Shown here in pieces: positions 60,816 through 64,000 of a stretch of 64,000 bases of DNA. The stretch's first letter is position 1. The number at the start of each line of letters is the position of its first letter. The position numbers were made by a program, and so were the translations under genes. Source of the DNA: a bacterium (GTDB lineage Bacteria > Patescibacteriota > Minisyncoccia > Phycocordibacterales > JAKAEA01); NCBI GenBank assembly GCA_021818465.1, contig JAKAEA010000002.1, forward strand, positions 31,882 through 95,881, written 5' to 3'. The notes beneath the pieces were generated by a model. That model did not search any database. It saw nothing but the letters and a program-made list of their open reading frames with translations, and was not told the origin of the DNA.

Positions 60816-61100
60816 TTATTTTTTCGCCACCAAAAGAGATTTTATCTTAATGAGCTCGTGCACAAGTGATTCGAGTCGTTCCGATTCAGCGGTCAACACA
60901 TTACTGGCCTGATCAAACCTAACTAATCTGGCAAGCAATAACTTATACACGTCGTTATAGTATTGCTCTAAAATGGAAATTGTTTTGGATTCAGTTCGGG
61001 ATATTGTCGTATGTTTAATTTTTACGTCACGCTCACTGTCACGAATTAAGAACAATGGTTTACTAATAACGTAAGGACTCTTTAAAGTGGTTATATTCAT
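60816..61100 (-). CDS. Hypothetical protein
   Basis: 94-aa ORF filling the radC-murD gap; no motif recognised. Confidence 0.45.
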   Translation of the reverse strand: MNITTLKSPYVISKPLFLIRDSERDVKIKHTTISRTESKTISILEQYYNDVYKLLLARLVRFDQASNVLTAESERLESLVHELIKIKSLLVAKK

Positions 61101-61144
61101 ATTTTTTCGACTGCGCTTTTTAACGAAGCCGTATTACATACTAA

Positions 61145-61912
61145 TTAATACTCCGCGGGGACGCTAGCAAAGGAATGTCTTCCAACAATAATATGATCAA
61201 TAAGATGTATACCGATAAGTTTACCGACGACTATAAGTTGTTTGGTTATATCAATATCAGCCTGACTTGGCGTAACATCATCAGAAGGATGATTGTGTGC
61301 CAAAATAACCGCCACGGCGCCATATTCAATAGCAGGTTTGAAAATTTCTCGCGGATGAATAAGACTTGAATTTACCGTACCAATAGAAACAACTTCATCG
61401 TGAATTATTTTATGGTGGCTAGTAAGATAGATGCCACGCATATGTTCACGTGGCAAATCACGCATATCTTTAAGATATTCAAACACTTCATTTGGTGTAC
61501 GAATAATAGGCGCCACTGAAGGGTTTTGTGCGAAAAAACGTCTACCCAGTTCGGCACACGCCACTACTTGCATAGCTTTTTGCAAAGGGATATCTAATTC
61601 GTGTGATAATTGAGCGGCGTTAGTTTGACGTGACAATATTCGTTCACCATACTCTTTAACGATTCTCGCAGCCATAGCGAGAACATCTTCTTTTTTTGAA
61701 CCCGTCCCAAAAACAATAGCCAGAAGTTCTGCCACTGAAAGCGTCATTGGACCTGCCGCTAAAAGTTTTTCCCGAGGCTTTTCTTCCGCCAACATATCCT
61801 TAATCTTAAGAACATAGCGCCGTTCTGATATAGATGGAAAACAATTAGCTGACTCTTCATCAAGTAAGAGATCCGAATCGGCAATAGTATATACAACGCT
61901 AGTATTTTTCAT
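61145..61912 (-). CDS. radC: RadC family JAB-domain protein
   Basis: KPREKL, HPREIF, AHNHPS and DHIIV motifs. Confidence 0.93.
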   Translation of the reverse strand: MKNTSVVYTIADSDLLLDEESANCFPSISERRYVLKIKDMLAEEKPREKLLAAGPMTLSVAELLAIVFGTGSKKEDVLAMAARIVKEYGERILSRQTNAAQLSHELDIPLQKAMQVVACAELGRRFFAQNPSVAPIIRTPNEVFEYLKDMRDLPREHMRGIYLTSHHKIIHDEVVSIGTVNSSLIHPREIFKPAIEYGAVAVILAHNHPSDDVTPSQADIDITKQLIVVGKLIGIHLIDHIIVGRHSFASVPAEY

Positions 61913-62052
61913 GCACCCATTATACTTCACATAGATAAAATTATTATTAAAATATACTAAAGAAAAAATAAAATAACCCTATAAGCAACATTTTTTAAAC
62001 TTAGACAAGTGTCCAGTAAAAAATATATAGTACAAATCGCCATTACCTAATA

Positions 62053-62137
62053 TGGTGGGCACGGAGGGATTTGAACCCTCAACCCTTTCGGGATACGCTT
62101 CTGAGACGTACGCGTATGCCAATTCCGCCACGTGCCC
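62053..62137 (-). tRNA. tRNA-Leu(CAG)
   Basis: Anticodon arm TACGT-CTCAGAA-GCGTA, long variable arm, GTTCAAATC T-loop and encoded CCA. Confidence 0.96.
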
Positions 62138-62173
62138 GTGGTTTTAGATTACCACATACTGTCTTTGCCGCTA

Positions 62174-63628
62174 CTAGAGCGCATTTACAAGGAGAGTGTT
62201 TGTTGTTTCGCTATGGTTACCAAGTGGCAAACCAAACGTGAGCACCGTTAAATCTTTTTTATCTCCCAATGCACGCTTGAAAATTTCATTTCGGGCAACA
62301 GTTAAAACTTGCTCAACGCGCGACATTTTTTTTACCATAACAGGAATAATGCCGAATTGTAAAAGAAGTTGACGATAGGATGTCTCATTATCAGTAAGAG
62401 CGATAACTGGCTGCAATGGTTTGTAACGAGAAATCATACGTGCAGTAAAACCTGATTGAGTCAATACAGTAATAACTTTTGCTCCAACAGAATTAGCAAC
62501 GTCTACCACCTCGCTTGCTACAGCGTTCGCCACGTGACGTGACGAGGAAAGACTTTTTTCTGTAGCTATATCTGCATGTTTGCTTTTTTGTGATTCGAGC
62601 ACGCGTTGGCAATAGAGTGGATCATGTTCCGTCTTGATTGCCACTTTAGTCATAACCTCTACCGCTTCCACAGGAAACTGTCCCAATGTTGTTTCTTCAG
62701 ACAGCATCACCGCATCGGTACCATCAAAAATTGCATTAGCAATATCAGAAACTTCAGCACGCGTTGGTACCGGTGACTTAATCATTGATTCAAGCATTTG
62801 TGTAGCGGTAATGACCGGTTTACCTACTTCATTACACTTCTTAATCATCATTTTTTGCGCTGCAGGCACATTTTCTGCGCCAATTTCCACCGCCAAATCA
62901 CCACGAGCAACCATAATGCCGTCAGAAAGTTCAAGAATACTATCAAAATTTTCTATAGCCTCAGCAGTCTCAATTTTTGAGATGATTTTTGCTGAGCTTT
63001 TAGCTTTGGTGAGTAATGCTCGCAACTCCTCAACATCTTTTGCGCGGCGCACAAATGAAAAAGCAACATAATCAACCTTATTCTGTATACCGAACTGCAA
63101 ATCTTTCTTATCTTTACTTGTCAGCGAACCAATAGACAGCCGAGCACCGGGTAAATTAACGCTTCGACGGCCTTTAGTATCACCGCCAATTATTATTTTA
63201 CACTTCACTTCCTTGCCTGAAATTTCTACTACTTCAAACTTTTTTTTACCATCATCCACCATAATACTACTGCCAACAGACAGTTCACTAGCGAGCGACG
63301 GGTAATTAAGAGAAACTCGTTTTTCATCACCCACTATTTTTTCCGGCGTCAGTGTAATATAGTCACCGGCTTTCAAAACAACACGTTCTTGATAAAAATC
63401 ACCGATACGAAACTTTGGGCCTGACAAATCTTGTAAAACGGCAGCGGGAATACCCGTTTTCTTTACAGCTTTAGCGAGATTGTCCACTTTAGCTTGATGT
63501 TCAGCAAAATCACCGTGAGAAAAATTGAGACGCATAATATTAAAACCAGCTTGCAAGAGCTTAGCAAGCATTTCAGGTGATTGTGTTGCAGGGCCGATAG
63601 TTGCCACAATTTTTGTCTTCTTATCCAT
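62174..63628 (-). CDS. pyk: Pyruvate kinase
   Basis: TKIVATIGP, RLNFSHG, MVARGDL, ATQMLESM and PTRAE motifs. Confidence 0.98.
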   Translation of the reverse strand: MDKKTKIVATIGPATQSPEMLAKLLQAGFNIMRLNFSHGDFAEHQAKVDNLAKAVKKTGIPAAVLQDLSGPKFRIGDFYQERVVLKAGDYITLTPEKIVGDEKRVSLNYPSLASELSVGSSIMVDDGKKKFEVVEISGKEVKCKIIIGGDTKGRRSVNLPGARLSIGSLTSKDKKDLQFGIQNKVDYVAFSFVRRAKDVEELRALLTKAKSSAKIISKIETAEAIENFDSILELSDGIMVARGDLAVEIGAENVPAAQKMMIKKCNEVGKPVITATQMLESMIKSPVPTRAEVSDIANAIFDGTDAVMLSEETTLGQFPVEAVEVMTKVAIKTEHDPLYCQRVLESQKSKHADIATEKSLSSSRHVANAVASEVVDVANSVGAKVITVLTQSGFTARMISRYKPLQPVIALTDNETSYRQLLLQFGIIPVMVKKMSRVEQVLTVARNEIFKRALGDKKDLTVLTFGLPLGNHSETTNTLLVNAL

Positions 63629-63678
63629 AAAGTCAGTTTTTGTTTTTTATCTTTATAAATACTACAGTGACTGGAAAA

Positions 63679-63698
63679 GCCGTCGCGTGTGCGACGGC
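63679..63698 (-). terminator. GC-rich hairpin, probable terminator after tRNA-Ile
   Basis: gccgtcgc-gtgt-gcgacggc followed by UUUU on the minus strand. Confidence 0.6.
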
Positions 63699-63772
63699 CT
63701 CATCCACTAAAACTTCTTACGATAGTATCAAAACCATTCTCTCTGGTCAAGAATACCTGTTACGCTGTTTAG

Positions 63773-63846
63773 TGGGCGTACCACGACTCGAACGTGGGAC
63801 CTCGTCATTATCAGTGACGCGCTCTAACCACCTGAGCTATACGCCC
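63773..63846 (-). tRNA. tRNA-Ile(GAT)
   Basis: Anticodon arm CGTCA-CTGATAA-TGACG and GTTCGAGT T-loop; CCA not encoded. Confidence 0.96.
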
Positions 63847-63905
63847 GTCTACGTTGAGGGAATATAGCAGAAAAAAACGTTCTTGGCAAAAACCAGTTAA
63901 GAAAA

Positions 63906-63938
63906 AAGCCGCGGCTAGTGTGGTCTAGTCGCGGCTTA
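63906..63938 (-). terminator. Intrinsic terminator of a gene upstream of the window edge
   Basis: Hairpin aagccgcggctag-tgtggt-ctagtcgcggctt with a U-run on the minus strand. Confidence 0.7.
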
Positions 63939-64000
63939 TATCAAGAACTCATCTTTCGGAGTGAAGGACTTTTTCAACCTTCCTCCAATAGCTTAAGGTA

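Noticed and set aside
61145-62137. radC beside tRNA-Leu as a mobile-element marker
   Set aside because: This is a full-length chromosomal-type RadC, with no integrase or att duplication seen.

Overview
This looks like a chromosomal segment of a Patescibacteria/CPR bacterium, probably Parcubacteria (inferred from gene content and synteny). It uses the standard genetic code. The window holds a central-carbon cluster (fba, PfkB kinase, split transketolase, rpe, rpiB, gap, plus pyk at the far end), rplY, htpX-lemA, groES/EL, secG-SBP-rnj, mscL, a two-component pair, murB/C/D, a ~16 kb surface-glycan locus next to a VirD4-like ATPase, and three tRNAs (Ser-GGA, Leu-CAG, Ile-GAT). An accessory block between gap and tRNA-Ser carries a type IIIA P-type H+-ATPase, an orphan fused cytochrome b6/subunit IV-like protein, a DGR-target-like gene and an alkD gene broken by an in-frame TGA. 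The most notable unexplained signals are (1) a candidate pair of mutually complementary small RNAs upstream of murB, (2) the H+-ATPase/cytochrome b module, (3) the orphan DGR-target-like gene, and (4) a recurring leaderless promoter layout (TGnTANNNT-N6-8-ATG). I saw no CRISPR array, rRNA, integrase, transposase or reverse transcriptase. All family calls come from recognising motifs by eye, not from database searches.
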